DNA from: Paraspadella gotoi
Lineage: Eukaryota > Animalia > Chaetognatha
Reading direction: 5' to 3'
Assembly (NCBI GenBank): GCA_051294375.1
Contig: CM119271.1
Location: 6,759,632-6,823,631 of the forward strand
Length of the DNA stretch: 64,000 nt
The position numbers were made by a program, and so were the translations under genes. Positions within the stretch are counted from its first letter, which is position 1, and every line of letters starts with the position of its first letter. Positions 1-12,780 of this stretch are shown here, in pieces. Below the pieces are notes generated by a model. It made no database searches and was not told where the DNA came from. It saw only the letters and a list, made by a program, of their open reading frames with translations.

Positions 1-1534
1 TATTCAGAAGAACAGAACACGAAAAGAAAGTATAAAAGAAAAGAAAGAAAGAAGAGAAAAGAAAGAAAGGAAAGAAAGAATAGAAAGGAAAAAAAGGAAA
101 AGAATAGAAAGGAAAAAAAGAATAGAAAAAAAGAAAGAATAGAAAGGAAAAAAGATAGAAGGAAAAAAAATAAAAAGGAAAAAAAAATAAAAGGAAAGAA
201 AGAATAAAAAGGAAAGAAGGAATAAAAAGGAAAGAGAAGAATAAAAAGGAAAGAAAGAATAAAAATGAAAGAAAGAATAGAAAGGAAAGAAAGATTAGAA
301 AGGAAACCAAGAACAGAAAGGAAAAAATAGAAATAAAAATAAAGAGAGAGTGACGAGAAGAAAGAACGAATAAAAAACCCGATGTTGCGAATATGCAAAA
401 ATGATAACATAACAAATGCTAAGCCTAATTTTACCGAGTTCAATCCTCATTCAATTTTTTTTTTTTAATAAACCGCAGGAGAAGAGAGAAGCCAAACTCG
501 TTTTTCGGACGAATGCAGCAGCGGCAGCAGCAGAGGCAACCCAGAAAAAAAAGAAATCAAAAGGCAGCAGCAGAAGCAGCAGGAGAAAAGACGAGAAAAA
601 GAATAAGCTCCTGCACGAGCCAGCTGCAGACGCGTCTTTTCCCCCTATGATCATGCACAGGGAAAGAGAGAGGGAGAGAGACATATAATTAAAGAGAAAA
701 GAGAGAGAGAAAGAAATATAAAATAAAGAGAAAGAAAATTTGTTGTGTTTTGATATAAACGTTAAACAAAACATTTAAAAACTTTTCCAGCTCTAATGTT
801 TAAGCACATCGATGATGAGAAGCTGTTAATATAAATTTCTCCAGCTTCATACACACCCAAATTTAATCATAAAAAAGGCGATCCTACCTAATTTGGAACG
901 ACGACGCACCAACGCCACTTATGGCGCAAAAGCGATAAAATATCGTCCGGCAAACCGCTAAACGATTTGCGACAAAAAAATTATTTCTGATATGAGCCGC
1001 TATGGCGCTTCATCTAAGCATCTTGGTAAGGATAAAAAATACTGTATTATACATAAAAGGGAGACGATGCAGGAGTTTTATTTTCTTTTTCAACAAAATT
1101 TTAACTTTAAAAAAATTACATATTATATCATCAGGCCTCTGTAACTTTTTGTAGTTAATGAGATAAAGAATTTGTTAACCTTGTGGGCTATTAAAAATTA
1201 AAATACCTTAAAAAGTAGAATTCTCAAACCAAAAAATCAAATTTCTAGCATAAGCCAAAACTGTAGAGCAGCACAATATAAATCAGTTAGTACCTTATAA
1301 TTTGATATTTAAAGAACACTTGAAGCATGCCAGATATGCTGCAGTAACTTGGAAATACCATACAATTACCAGGATTGGTCTACCTGACTTATAAACCATC
1401 GCTCTATGTTATTTATACAGCGATAAATACAATCTAGTTACTAGTATATATGTAAGATTACTTTTAAATATAATTTCCCGAATTTTTGGCCTCAGGGCAT
1501 TTGCTCACCATATAATACAATCATAATCTAAAAT

Positions 1535-1950
1535 AGCAATTTAGTTTCAGCACTCGCATAGTTTTAATGAAGACCAAGTTCGCTTCTTCAAAAGCCTAAT
1601 CGATCCAGGCCTTTGAATCACCAGTTTTCAGTTTTTCAAATTGAAAGCTTTGGAGAGGGGAGACGAGAGAATTCGACAAGTCAGAGACTGAGAAACAATT
1701 AGGATTGAAAAAATGCCACAAAGCTTGAGCACGCGTTGAAATCTGAACAGTTGTTAGTAGTAGAGAAGAGCCAGAGCTCGTAGATTTAGGAAGAATTAAA
1801 TTCTGGACTACTGAGCAGACGAGACGAGTGAATGCTAACGTTCACTATTTGGAATATTCATCAGAATGACAACAATGAAACTCGTATAATAGAGACTTAC
1901 ACCAAAAACACCCATGTGAGTTTTCAAATTGTCAGATAGGATTGACAATA
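1535..1950 (+). mobile_element. Copy-specific insertion, probably a PLE endonuclease 3' fragment
   Basis: Absent from the copies at ~14390 and ~16890; flanked by an imperfect repeat acaat..ctaaa(a)t; translates to KLEHALKS...NIHQNDNN, like a GIY-YIG C-terminus. Confidence 0.5.
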
Positions 1951-2852
1951 CTAAATCGATTCGGATAATGGCAGTCATGGAGCGATTAAATGTAACATCT
2001 CACCTTATCTTCCATACAATTACCAATTTCATAAAAAAAGGCGATTCTATAATTTGAACGCCACGACTAAGAACTGACATCGACACAAGTAATTAAAAAA
2101 AAAACAAATGGATTGAATTGATTAAAAAAAACACCACAAAAAAACGATGTGCGTCCGTCCGTCTGCCGTCCCACCTTTAAGCAAATAAAACTCAAATGTA
2201 CCTCGTGATTGGATGGATGGATTAAAAATAAAATTGTTGTTGTGCGTGGTAGTGAGTGTGTTGATTGAGCTGGATATGAAGTTTCGATGGAATCGTCCAA
2301 GAGTGGGAAATGAGTTTAAATGGAAAAAACACATAAACCACTTCTGGACATTGAACTAATTGTACCGTGATTTGAGCGACCTGCAATGGATTGTTCCCGG
2401 GATTCGCATCTGTGATTACGACAACTTTTATATAAAATTAATGGTAATTGTTTCATAAAACAAAAACAAACAAAGGTCGTTTGTATCAATATAAAAACAT
2501 ATCATTTAAGTATAGAATACATGTTATGTAGTTTTATTTGCAACAACGATTTTATTATACGATATATATACTATATTTGCCAAAGATAATTTGTAAAAGT
2601 CACAAAAACAATTTTTCTATGACTGGTGAAGAAGCTTGTAAACTAAGCCCGAAAACATTGTACGTCCTTATGTACTAATAAAATCGTATGCTTGCAAATG
2701 AAACTCAAATTATTTCTAGCTAATCCAAACACAACGAAAAAGAAAGGAAATTCGCTATGCCTAAACATATCATTTTAAAAGATCTTAGATGTAATGAGAA
2801 GCCATTATCTTAAATTTTTAGCTCTGACCAATTGGCACATTATATTCCAATT

Positions 2853-5800
2853 TTAAAAAAAGCGTCAATAAACGTCACTAAGAAAGCAATCGTAAACCGA
2901 AATCTCACAACAAGACGGGGCCCTAGGCCGTCTGGGAGATAAAAATAAAGAAAAAGGACTATACAAATAACATACCTTATGACAGGCCCTTTCCTAAAAA
3001 AGGGATAGGTTCTCCCCACAATACCCAGGCTACGTTTTTTTGAAAATTTCATTTCAAAAATTCAAAGACTTTTTTTCAATAAACTGAAGGTTAGATCTTC
3101 AGAACATTCTTGGCTTACAAAAAGCGATCAAGATTCGATAGCCATTATATTTGTGGTCTAACCATGTGGGTTTCGGGAGAATGTAAGACAGTACTCAGAT
3201 TTCTTAAATCTTTGGAACCTTGACATAGACGTAAGTCAACAACTTTACTCATAAATTTCTAGATAATTCAATTTTGAAATTAACTCGTTCTGGAATTTCA
3301 TCAGCGCATGGATAAAATGCCCATTTCGTAATTTTTCGGGTATTAAGAAAAAAATTCCCAGGATATCACTCCCGAACATCCTGTTTGGAATCGATAGTCA
3401 ACAGAAATGTTATTGACGCGAATAATATTTGTAATTTGCAACTGTAATTGGAGTCGACTTTTCCTCCATTTATTTAACCATAAGCTTAAAAAAGACAGTG
3501 GCTCTTTAATCTTGCAATTTAGACAAATTGGACTAGTCTTTAATGCTAAATCATAATTTCGCACAATGCCTTTAGACGGTCGTTTTCACCATGCTGGCAA
3601 AGTAAGATTTGAAAAAAAAGTTCATTTTCACTGAGAATAACAGGGTAATCTTTCTGCCATCCTGCTTCTGGAAGACATACCTACTTCTTTCGGGAGAACT
3701 TATACCTATCCAGGTTGTCAGATAGTCAGCGACTCTTTAAAATAAAGATATAGTCTTCTTCCTTCTTGAGCCACTAGTTTGAAATAAAGTTATTTTGGAT
3801 AGCCGTTTTTGAAAAATTAAAAGAGATATTTTCTCCTTTGCGTCAGAAGAGTCAGATTTATAAGAGAAAAATTTTAAACCACTGACAGTTACTGAAATTT
3901 TTTTTTTTTTTTCTTCGATATTAATTGATAGTCTGTGATAATCAGCAAGTGTTTCAAACTGTTGAAAAAATTGGGTTACTAGTCTTGAATCGCTTTTTTG
4001 GTTGAAAGCAATATCTTGACAGAAAATTACAAAAACGTCACAGGTTTGCGACTTAAAAAATTTTGGGCGAGGAGATATGCTCGAGATCCATTAACAAATT
4101 CTTCAAAGAACAATATTTTGCAATATTTTCTGTGGATCACTGATAAAAAAGGACCGTTTTACCTTAAATTGTCAACAGAAACTAGTATAGAAATTTTGAA
4201 ATTGCATCTGCATATTGAAGATTGACTCTGAAATCATTTCAGAATGAAATATCACATTATTCTTGCCTTATTGTAAGATTGAAAAAGGAAATTTTCGCCC
4301 ACAAGGAATTGAACCAAAATTTCCCAAAACAAGTTTTAATTATACCAGCATCAATTGAAGAGTATTCGTCTCAGTTTTTTCTTCAATAACCAATGTTACC
4401 AACAGCTAAATGCAGCACTAACCGAACTTAATAACTTTTCTCTTCGTTTCATATGATTAATTGACAGGTAAAGTAATTGTAATCAAACTTTTCCGATGGT
4501 CAAAACATGCTTACGGTTTTGCTACATCTAACAGTTCAAGAGTCTTGTTTGTTGTATCATAATCATAGAGATACATGCAAAGTAGAGGTTTCTTTTGGCA
4601 AGTTTTTCCCCAAATCTCTGGAAAAAAAGCACATCCATTGAATTTTTCTTCTGAAAGATCTATTTCATCCAAAGACCATAAGAGTAAACCGAACATTTAT
4701 TCATATTTTGCATGTTTTTCAAGGATATACTCAGCTTTTTGTAATTTTTTTGACAATTGCACAAAATATTTTTCAGTTAAAATCTGAATGCTTTAAATAA
4801 CGTTTAAGAGAACTTCAATACTAAGTTCCAACTAGAGCACGAAATAAACTTGGTTTTGTGCCGCCCCGAGTAATCTTATTGGATAATTCATAATATGACA
4901 CAAACAATTCCTTCCCTTCTCTAATTTCAGACTACTTGCTGAGTAGACTATATATCGTAGGATAAATGCTAGTGAAATGACTCTTAATCAAGAGAATTTC
5001 AAGGCATAATATATATTGCCACAAACTTAATGGTCTTATAAAATTAATTGGTTTTTTCAAATGTTATGGAAGTTAATTTTTCAAATTTCGTGTCGCCTAC
5101 TATAACATCTGCCCGTCAGTGGCATCACACTAAGTTGAATCATGACATTTAACAGAAAAGCTTCACCATCAGCAGCTCGCTCAATGAAATTCTGCATTTC
5201 AATTGAGAGACCTTTCTTCATCTAGAATTCTCACACATTTTTACTAAAGCAGTAATGAAATACTGAAGAAAAACCTTTCTTATATGCTATCAACCTTTTC
5301 TCCAACTTTGGAAGCGAAGTAGGAAAGGGTATTTTCCTGTGAAGAATTGAAACTATATAAACTCGTTCATCGTCTAGAACAATGGTTTATATGTACACGA
5401 TTGACTTTCTTTAACATCAGTTTTCAACCTTCAAATTTCTACATTATGGCCATTATGCTTTGTTGCCAATTATAAGAGCGCACTGTTTGAAAAATGTTAG
5501 ATCCTAAATGACTTTAATTACAGTTTTTAGCCTCTTAGCAAATTCTTTAAAATTTGGAAGAGCATCTGTCAGAAAAATAATGATTTTGAATAGTATAAAT
5601 CCAACTCTAAAACCTGATTTAAAGAAATATCGGATTTATTTTCTTTTGTTCATTAGTATATCTCAACAGAATTAATTTCCGGTCAAACAGTACTTTAAAA
5701 AGTTTTCAATGCCCTCCAGATTTAGCTTTGATTTTGATCCAATCGCAGGAACAAACAACGACAAACAAAAAGTTTTCGTCCAACTAATAGTCAAAACATA

Positions 5801-7386
5801 AAACTTCCGAGATAAGGCCTTCATTTGATTGCAATTATTACTTCCTAGATTTTTCTTGTGTTCCTGTATGTTTCAAAAGATTTTCTATTTGCAAAGGAGC
5901 TTTCAAAAAAAGCCTTTTTTATTTTTAGAGACACTTGAAATGATTCTAAAACTTCATTAGTTTTATTGCAATACTAGGAAGCAGACTCTGAACACCTTCT
6001 TTCTTGAAGAAATTGTTTACCACATTAGAAGAAATTCGTTTTTAAAATTTTGGAACTAAAACATCATCTAAGCATTGTTGGGGAAGACAAACTTCTATCT
6101 TTTTCCCTATCGCTTAATGTCAAGCTCAGACTCTTCTGTTTTTTAAATTTCTATCGGCTTACTAAGGAATAAATACAGGACTACATCTATCTCTTCTTCA
6201 ATGAACAGATTTTCATTCTCTTGCTCTCTCACAATTAGCAATTATTGCCACTGAGTTGTTAAAACTGTGTTACTCAGTTTTTATTTGATTCTATTAACTT
6301 CAGATGTTTACTGGCGCGGGAAGACAAAATTATAATCTCGGGGAAAAAAAGCCAAAACAAAAGATAACAACAATACTCGAGATCTTTACAGCAGATGAAT
6401 TATTTTTCTTCATGATCATACCAACTGATCCAGGCACCCGTCGCTGTTTGTTCTTCTCCGCGAGTAAATATCTTTTTAAAACACTCTAAAGTAATTTTCT
6501 GTGTAACCCATTATATTCAGCTGCCATGATCCTAACGTAATCTTCTCTCTGTTTGACCAATTTTTCCTAAAAGATTTCGGTATTACATCAATTGAGCGCT
6601 CCATCTCTCACGACGCAGATTACCATTTGCAATCAACCTGAAAACATTTCACTTAGCTCAAATTGGACACATAAGCTCTTTCTTTCCGGATAATTCTGCT
6701 CACCTCTCAAATCACCTTTGGCACTGTCAGTCAGTTCCTTAATATTAATACGCCTCTTAGGCGGATTCTTTACAACTTGCTGCTTTACATACAGAGAAAA
6801 CCGTCTCTTTCGCAGAGTCTAGAGTTTGTGACCTGAAATAACTACGCTTATAGAATTTTACATCTTTCTGAACTCAACCTTAATAATGTACATCCGTCGT
6901 ATTTTCGCACTTATCTTTCAACCAACACTTTAAACCTTATCTTCGACTCATTTCAACCTTTCCTTTCTGCTAACGCTATAGCTCCTTTTTCTGTTTCGAA
7001 AAATTCTAAGCACACCCACGCTTTCAAATATACAACTAAAGAACGATTTCATCCTTCAAACCCATATCATTGCTGCAAAATTCTCACTGGTACTTTTAGA
7101 AATAATTCTTTTTGAAACAGAATTTTTCTCTATGAACTATCCCAGCATTTGTTTCTGAATAAATTCATTCTCCATCAGAACAAAGACCCGAGGATTCAAC
7201 TTGCCATTTGGGGGATCAAAGAGTCTTTTTCCTGCTCTGCAACAATCTCTTACCAACACACCTTTTCCTCTATACATCACCATCACCCGCCTGTGACAAC
7301 CTTGTTCCACAACACCAACTTCTCTTTAGCCAGACTAAGAGACTTTCGGCAGTGATATTCCTCTCTCTTCTTAATACGACCACACT
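2853..7386 (-). pseudogene. Indel-riddled copy of the 3' part of the terminal exon (about 17734-21845); pseudogene or low-accuracy alternate haplotype
   Basis: Colinear with 17734-21845 but with dense 1-2 nt indels that worsen toward the 100-N gap. Confidence 0.8.
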
Positions 7387-7486
7387 NNNNNNNNNNNNNN
7401 NNNNNNNNNNNNNNNNNNNNNNNNNNNNNNNNNNNNNNNNNNNNNNNNNNNNNNNNNNNNNNNNNNNNNNNNNNNNNNNNNNNNNN
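7387..7486. other. Assembly gap (100 N); further gaps at 14420-14648, 15425-15434 and 41569-41581
   Basis: N runs. Confidence 0.99.
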
Positions 7487-7699
7487 AGCGAAAGAATTTG
7501 AAACATGGATTAAAGGAAAACGTATGTAGATGGACTATTAAAGTTCTAGGAAACGTTTGACGCTAAAAATGTTTTTGGAACCGATTCTACTTTAAAGTGT
7601 TTTGAAATAATGAATAAGCATGACGTTAATAAACAAATAATAAAATGTTCCTGTGGTTCGTCGGTCCTGCGGCCGAAACATATCCTCCCCTAAAAAGTA

Positions 7700-9865
7700 A
7701 AATTGAGTACGGCCGGGTGCCCCCGGGGGGGTTTTTTTTGTTGGCCCGGGAGCGTGGGGTATCGGAAGCATAAAACGTCAGCACCGTCGCGGTCTTCCCG
7801 TAATAGTCGGCCGCTTCTCCGCGAGGAAAAACGTTAGATCATCGGCCGTGAAACGCAAAACAATCCGAGTATTTTAAAGTATATGTCCGTAATCGAGTTC
7901 CAATTTTCGCGAGTTCAGTGATGCCAGTTCTAAATGAGAGAAGCCGCGGCTGTTTGGGCTGTTCCAGCTCGCGGACGAGCCGCCGCGCCGCCCGGCCCGG
8001 CCCACGCAGGGTACATCGGGGGCGCGGGCGTTCCGTGCGCCCCGTCTTTTAAAACATCGTCGTCGTCCATACTTCGGGTTCTCTTGCATCGTGTTGCGCC
8101 GAGGAGCTTCCCTCTTCCGCCGGGGTTAAATCCGGCATCGAAGGGGAGGGGGGTCTAGTTGGGAAAAGGGTCCTCGCCACGTGAGATGAAAGAAATTGTA
8201 GTCATCGAAATCGAACGCTATCGTTTGACGAAACTTGAGAGGGACGTGAGTTGTCAATAACGCGGACGTAGTGGGACCTGGGGGTTGGGTCTTAGGCAGT
8301 TTGGGATGTTTCGATGTCGAGTATTGCCTGCCGTTAGAGCTTGTAAATTCTTCACGTGACACATCTTGGATGGTGTCTGGACGTAGGCCCGTGAGGATTC
8401 GGGTTCCGATCGAGGGTCGAAGTCGAGAGATCGCTTTTTGATGAAGCGAGGTCAGAAGGGGCCTATTCGTCTAGGACTCATAATGAGAATAAGATGTATT
8501 GATTATATATTTGCATGAACAATAATTCCGTAAGTCGGAAGAAGAGTTCATGTATTCTTTTCCAGCGTAAGGTCGTAAAAAATTCTATAATTCGTCACTC
8601 AACAATCTGCGTCGACCAAACTAAAGGATAGTCGTCGAGTTGTGTCAGACCGATATAATAAATACAAAAATCTCGCCAAATAGTTTAAAGTCGCGATTCG
8701 CGAGGGCACTAAACGATTTACGGTTGGGCGGACTCGAAATATTGTGTCTCCTGCAGTTCGGACAGTCACAGCGCCTTAACTGTGACTTCCGTACCGGTTG
8801 ATTGTCCGGACCACGCGGTGCGAAAGCCTCCATTGGCATCTCTGTGCTTGTTGGCCTCATCGATGTCATGGTTTTGGGGGGTGTGGACAGAGAATTCTGA
8901 CCTTCTTTCAGGTTTATTGCGTGGTTACGATCACATTTATTGCCTTTTCCTTGCAGGGTAACCACGTATTGCTTTTGTCCAATTCGATGCCCAAGAAACT
9001 CGTCGCTAAGTTCGACGGAGCTCTTTCCAAGGCGTCTGAGCGCCTCGCCGTCACTAGGGATGTCGGGGGGTAAGCGATGAACCCCTTCGTCGAGGGGAAG
9101 CTGGACGCACGTGGATAATCAAGAAGCCGATCGTGCTGGCGTCAGGCTCGGCGTGCGAGACTGCGGTCCCGGAAATCATCAAAGGGACCCTCGTCAGCGG
9201 GGCGTACGATTAGGATAACCTTCGAAACTGACGAGCATAAGGAGCGCGTGCGTTGGCAGTACTATTGTCGACGTTGGAAGTTATGATCTTCTTCCCGCGA
9301 GGGTAAGACGCAGTTAAAAATGTCTTTTTCGTTAGAATTATGATCAAGCGTTCCGTCCGAAAGACGACCCGCCGCCATATTGGGCGAAGCCATGGGGCGG
9401 AGGAGAAGGTGTCGCATTGATGGTTTCGATCGTCCGGACTTCGAGATCAGTAATAAGGAGAAGAATTTGTTTCGTTTTTACCAGTCTTCCTTCGAGCTTC
9501 GCAGCTGCCGATGGGTGTCATCTAGTTGTGCCGCATCGGCGTCCGTGGGAAAATTGCTGATGCATGTCGGGTCGGCTGATATGAGGCAGAGGCAGGTGTT
9601 GCGGAGCACCTGACGTGAGCGCGCATGGTTGGAAATCGTACAATGAGGTGCGTGTGATTTAGAGTGAGGGACAGAGGCTGAATAAAGTCGTTGGGTAGTA
9701 CGTTGATATCGAAGGTGATCCGCCCGCTCGCGGCATTGTTGCGAATAGGGCGCTGTAGATTCGAGGAGGCAGACGCGCATTGCGTTCGTGCGGCGGCGTA
9801 CATGAAGGACGGTGTGGGAGTCGTGTTTGATAGTGGGTTTCGGATGGGCTTTCTGGCGTCTCCAT
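7700..9865 (-). pseudogene. Polinton-type major capsid protein (double jelly roll), frameshifted
   Basis: In order: RPIRNNAASGRITFDINVLPNDFIQ...HTHLIVRF; NKFFSL/LITDLEV...INATPSPPPHGFAQY; TLDRNP; C-terminal NTRIVLRF...VLTFYASD. These resemble the Polinton MCP blocks P....GPIEF.I.....YIDL..T.L, SLF.QV.V.LN......YPYRAY, NPF and G.LRIE.RF. Confidence 0.65.
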
Positions 9866-9899
9866 GTCGTGGTAACGACGCGGAACGGGCCAATGGCGT

Positions 9900-10530
9900 C
9901 GATCAGTCGTGTTATCCCGTGATGCTTCAAAATAGGTGCTCGTGTGATGCGAGTCGGTCGGCTGGTAAAGGAGTTCTCCCCCATCTTGCAAGCGGCGGCG
10001 GGCGGGAGGTGCGAGGGAAATTGTGCCTGTGACAGATTGAATGCGGATCTACGCGGGTCGCAGTTGCAAGTAGACCGCGGAAGTGAGCCGCGTGTTGCCC
10101 GCATTCGAGGAGGAGGAAGAAGAAGCGGCGTCGGATGTCAGCGGATACATAGACTGTGTTTCGCGGATTGGGCGTTAGTAACGGATGTGTGCTGTCTGTT
10201 GGGTAATGGGTGTCTCAGTGTGTCCAGCGCCCGCGGGTTCCTTGGCCATGGAAGTGCAACGTGGCGGGTAGCGTAAGTCGGGTCGGGTTAGCGTTGTCGT
10301 TCTGTTTAGCGTCGGGAGGTACGATTGGGTGGCGGGTGGCTGAGTAAGGAAGGATGTGCCTTGTCGCGAGTTCTCCGCCAACGGTGCGAGCGGGCTACGG
10401 TGAAGGTGTAGTCTGCGGATGGATGTCGCTTATCTGGTCGTCGAGAAAGGGATTGGAGTCGTAGTATCGAAGTTTCGATTTTGAGGCGGAGTTTCCGCGG
10501 CGAGGTCGAGGGGAACGAATCTTTTCATCT
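9900..10530 (-). pseudogene. Polinton-type minor capsid protein (penton), frameshifted
   Basis: NDNANPTRLTLPATLHFHG...HYP, TVYVSADI and DGGELLY...TYF resemble the penton motifs N....F...LP..L.L.G.W.VAL..I.YP, YVY.DI and D..G...F. Confidence 0.55.
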
Positions 10531-10749
10531 TTGATTGGTGATAACTCGTTCGGGCGTTATAGGTAATTTTTCTGCTAGTAGAGAGGCTCCGGCGACACAG
10601 GGCATTTTTTTTTTCGGCATCTTTTGATATGTATGACTGTATAAGACCCTTGCTGAGGCGCGATTTATATTATTTGTTGGGGGCTTGTAGCCTATGTGTT
10701 TTAGAAATCCAATTTTAATGTCGTCTCACCATTTTTCGAGGATTCTTTT

Positions 10750-11200
10750 CCACACGGGGTATACATTTTTTCAAATTCCCGGCGATTAAGTACAATTTTT
10801 TTACGAGTGTCGACGTTTGTTGTTTGCGATACGCAAAACCCAGTTTTTTCTTCGGTTATCCGGTCATCTATTTTCCGCACATTCCATTTCTTCCGCCTCA
10901 GTCCGCAAAGACGTCTGATGCCAACGGTGGTCGGGGAGGGAGCTTGGTTCTGTTCCGGGCCCTACATCTTCTTGCCGGACGTGCGGAGGAGGATAGTCAG
11001 GGACGCAGCCGTGAGAGCGCGCGCCCCATATTTTGTGGCAGATCGTTTGAAAAGCAAAGACCACAAGACTGGCAGCATCGCCGGGGTTTCTTCGTCTGTG
11101 TGAAGCGTAATCTGCCCATATTCGCTGACGTCCGTCAACTCCTAAATACGAGATAAGCAAAACGGAGTTTTAAAACATAAAGGCAGCAAAGTTTGTCGAT
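10750..11200 (-). pseudogene. Adenain-like cysteine protease, frameshifted
   Basis: SYLGV, HTDEETP/NPG..LWSLLF, SHGCVP and LCGL occur in the order of the adenain motifs F.GV, NTD...PG.HW, DS.G..P, CG. Confidence 0.45.
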
Positions 11201-11669
11201 TTTCCTTCCAAAAATATTTGTTTCAATGGACGGTCTCAGGAGTCCTGTCCACATGACCCAACTCTTTCAAACTTTGTCGTTGGAGCATTCCCCTCGACTC
11301 CGATTGCTATGCCTGACTTCCGCGCGCAAGGCACGCTAGCGATTGCACCGCCGATTCAGACTTCCCGTCAGTGAGCTCCACAAAACGCGGGATGGAATTT
11401 GTGGTGAGGACGCCTTCAGCCCGAATCTAAGGAGTAAGCTCGAGCTGCTGGATAAAACGAATAGCAGACTAGATTCCTCCTCATACTGGAGGCAAAGTAC
11501 GACGATACACAGAAACGCCACCGTAACCTTCGTGATAGCGATAAGCAAACACAGGTAATCACCTTGCCTTTGTCGTTCGTTGTCGTCTCCCGCGTCGCGA
11601 TCCATCGCCCTGATCTCGAAGTCTTCAGCTTGGGCTCGCTGGTATCTTCATGGGCCAGGGGCGTCGACG

Positions 11670-12780
11670 TTATACGTATTTACGTTCGTTTATTTTATTC
11701 TGATCATGCAAAAAAAAAAACCAGTTAACTTAAGCAATTATCTAGAAGAGACGATCATTTTTATTATGCTTGGATTGAAAAGTAGTTTCGTAGTATCTTC
11801 TCGACGTTAACCTTCGTCAAATTATTCTCGAAAGTTTTTATTACGACGAAATTGAAAAATAACGTTCGATTTTACCGTTTAATATTAGTACATTTATCTT
11901 TGTCTCAACTGATCGCCTTCTATCAAAATTCGACGCGAATACGGAAAGATTTTATTCAACGATAACGTGACATGGTTTTAAACATTGTGTAACCCATTGT
12001 GAAAAAATAATTTACTACTATTGCATTGTATTGTCATTCAAACATTAGCGAAAATCAATCACATAAAAATTAAAAGAAAGATACAGTTTTTTGACAGGCT
12101 TAAGTACAACGGATAAAACAATATATTCTTCCCTTCCCTTTTCTTAATTTTTTTTATTTATTTCTGCTTTTTATTTATTTTTTCTTTCTTCTCTTAAAAG
12201 AAGAGAGATCCTGACTACGAATTTTCCTTTAATCCATGTTTCAATTCCTTTCGCTTATACGTATTTACGTTGTAATTATTTTATTCTGATCAGCAAAAAA
12301 AAAAAAAACCAGTTAACTTAAGCAATTATCTAGAAGAACGATCATTTTATGCTTGGATTGAAAAGTAGTTTCGTAAGTATCTTCTCGACGTTAACCTTCG
12401 CTCAAATTCATTCTCGAAAGTTTTTATTACGACAATTGAAAAATAACGTTCGATTTTACCGTTTAATATTAGTACATTTATCTTTGTCTCAACTGATCGC
12501 CTTCTATCAAAATTCGACGCGAATACGAAAAGATTTTATTCAACGATAACGTAACATGGTTTTAAACATTGTGTAAACCCATTGTGAAAAATAATTTCTA
12601 CTATTGCATTGTAATTGTCATTCAAACATTAGCGAAAATCAATCACATAAAAAATTAAAAGAAGATACAGTTTTTGACAGGCTTAAGTACAACGGATAAA
12701 ACAATATATTCTTCCCTTCCCTTTTCTTATTTTTTTATTTATTTCTGCTTTTTTATTTATTTTTTTCTTTCTTCTCTTAG
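11670..12780 (+). repeat. Tandem direct duplication of about 525 bp (11670-12196 and 12256-12780)
   Basis: Both units begin tatacgtatttacgtt and end tttctttcttctctta; they differ mostly by single-base indels. Confidence 0.92.

Larger units (their letters stand above)
18..7386 (+). repeat. Direct segmental copy of about 15435-21845
   Basis: Same order of GA-rich tract, HINE, tRNA-like motif, HHR element and ORF end. Confidence 0.92.
7700..11650 (-). mobile_element. Polinton/Maverick (adintovirus-like) fragment: packaging ATPase C-terminus, adenain-like protease, minor capsid, major capsid
   Basis: Intronless GC-rich island; frame-hopping translation gives motifs of the four morphogenesis genes, co-oriented. 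Confidence 0.65.

Noticed and set aside
416-774. Short ORFs rich in A/Q/K/R or F/L/S (also 15386-16285, 27745-28080, 36149-36615)
   Set aside because: They arise from low-complexity GA tracts and the (GCA)n-containing HINE-A repeat, and frames are not conserved between copies.
7705-7745. GC hairpin plus T-run resembling a bacterial intrinsic terminator (contamination?)
   Set aside because: The context is eukaryotic or viral and the sequence is noisy; it coincides with the end of the minus-strand capsid-like frame, and no bacterial genes are nearby.
8720-8790. CDCPNCRRH read as a gag zinc knuckle, implying an LTR retrotransposon
   Set aside because: The spacing is not CX2CX4HX4C, there are no RT or integrase motifs, and it falls inside the capsid-like region, probably out of frame.
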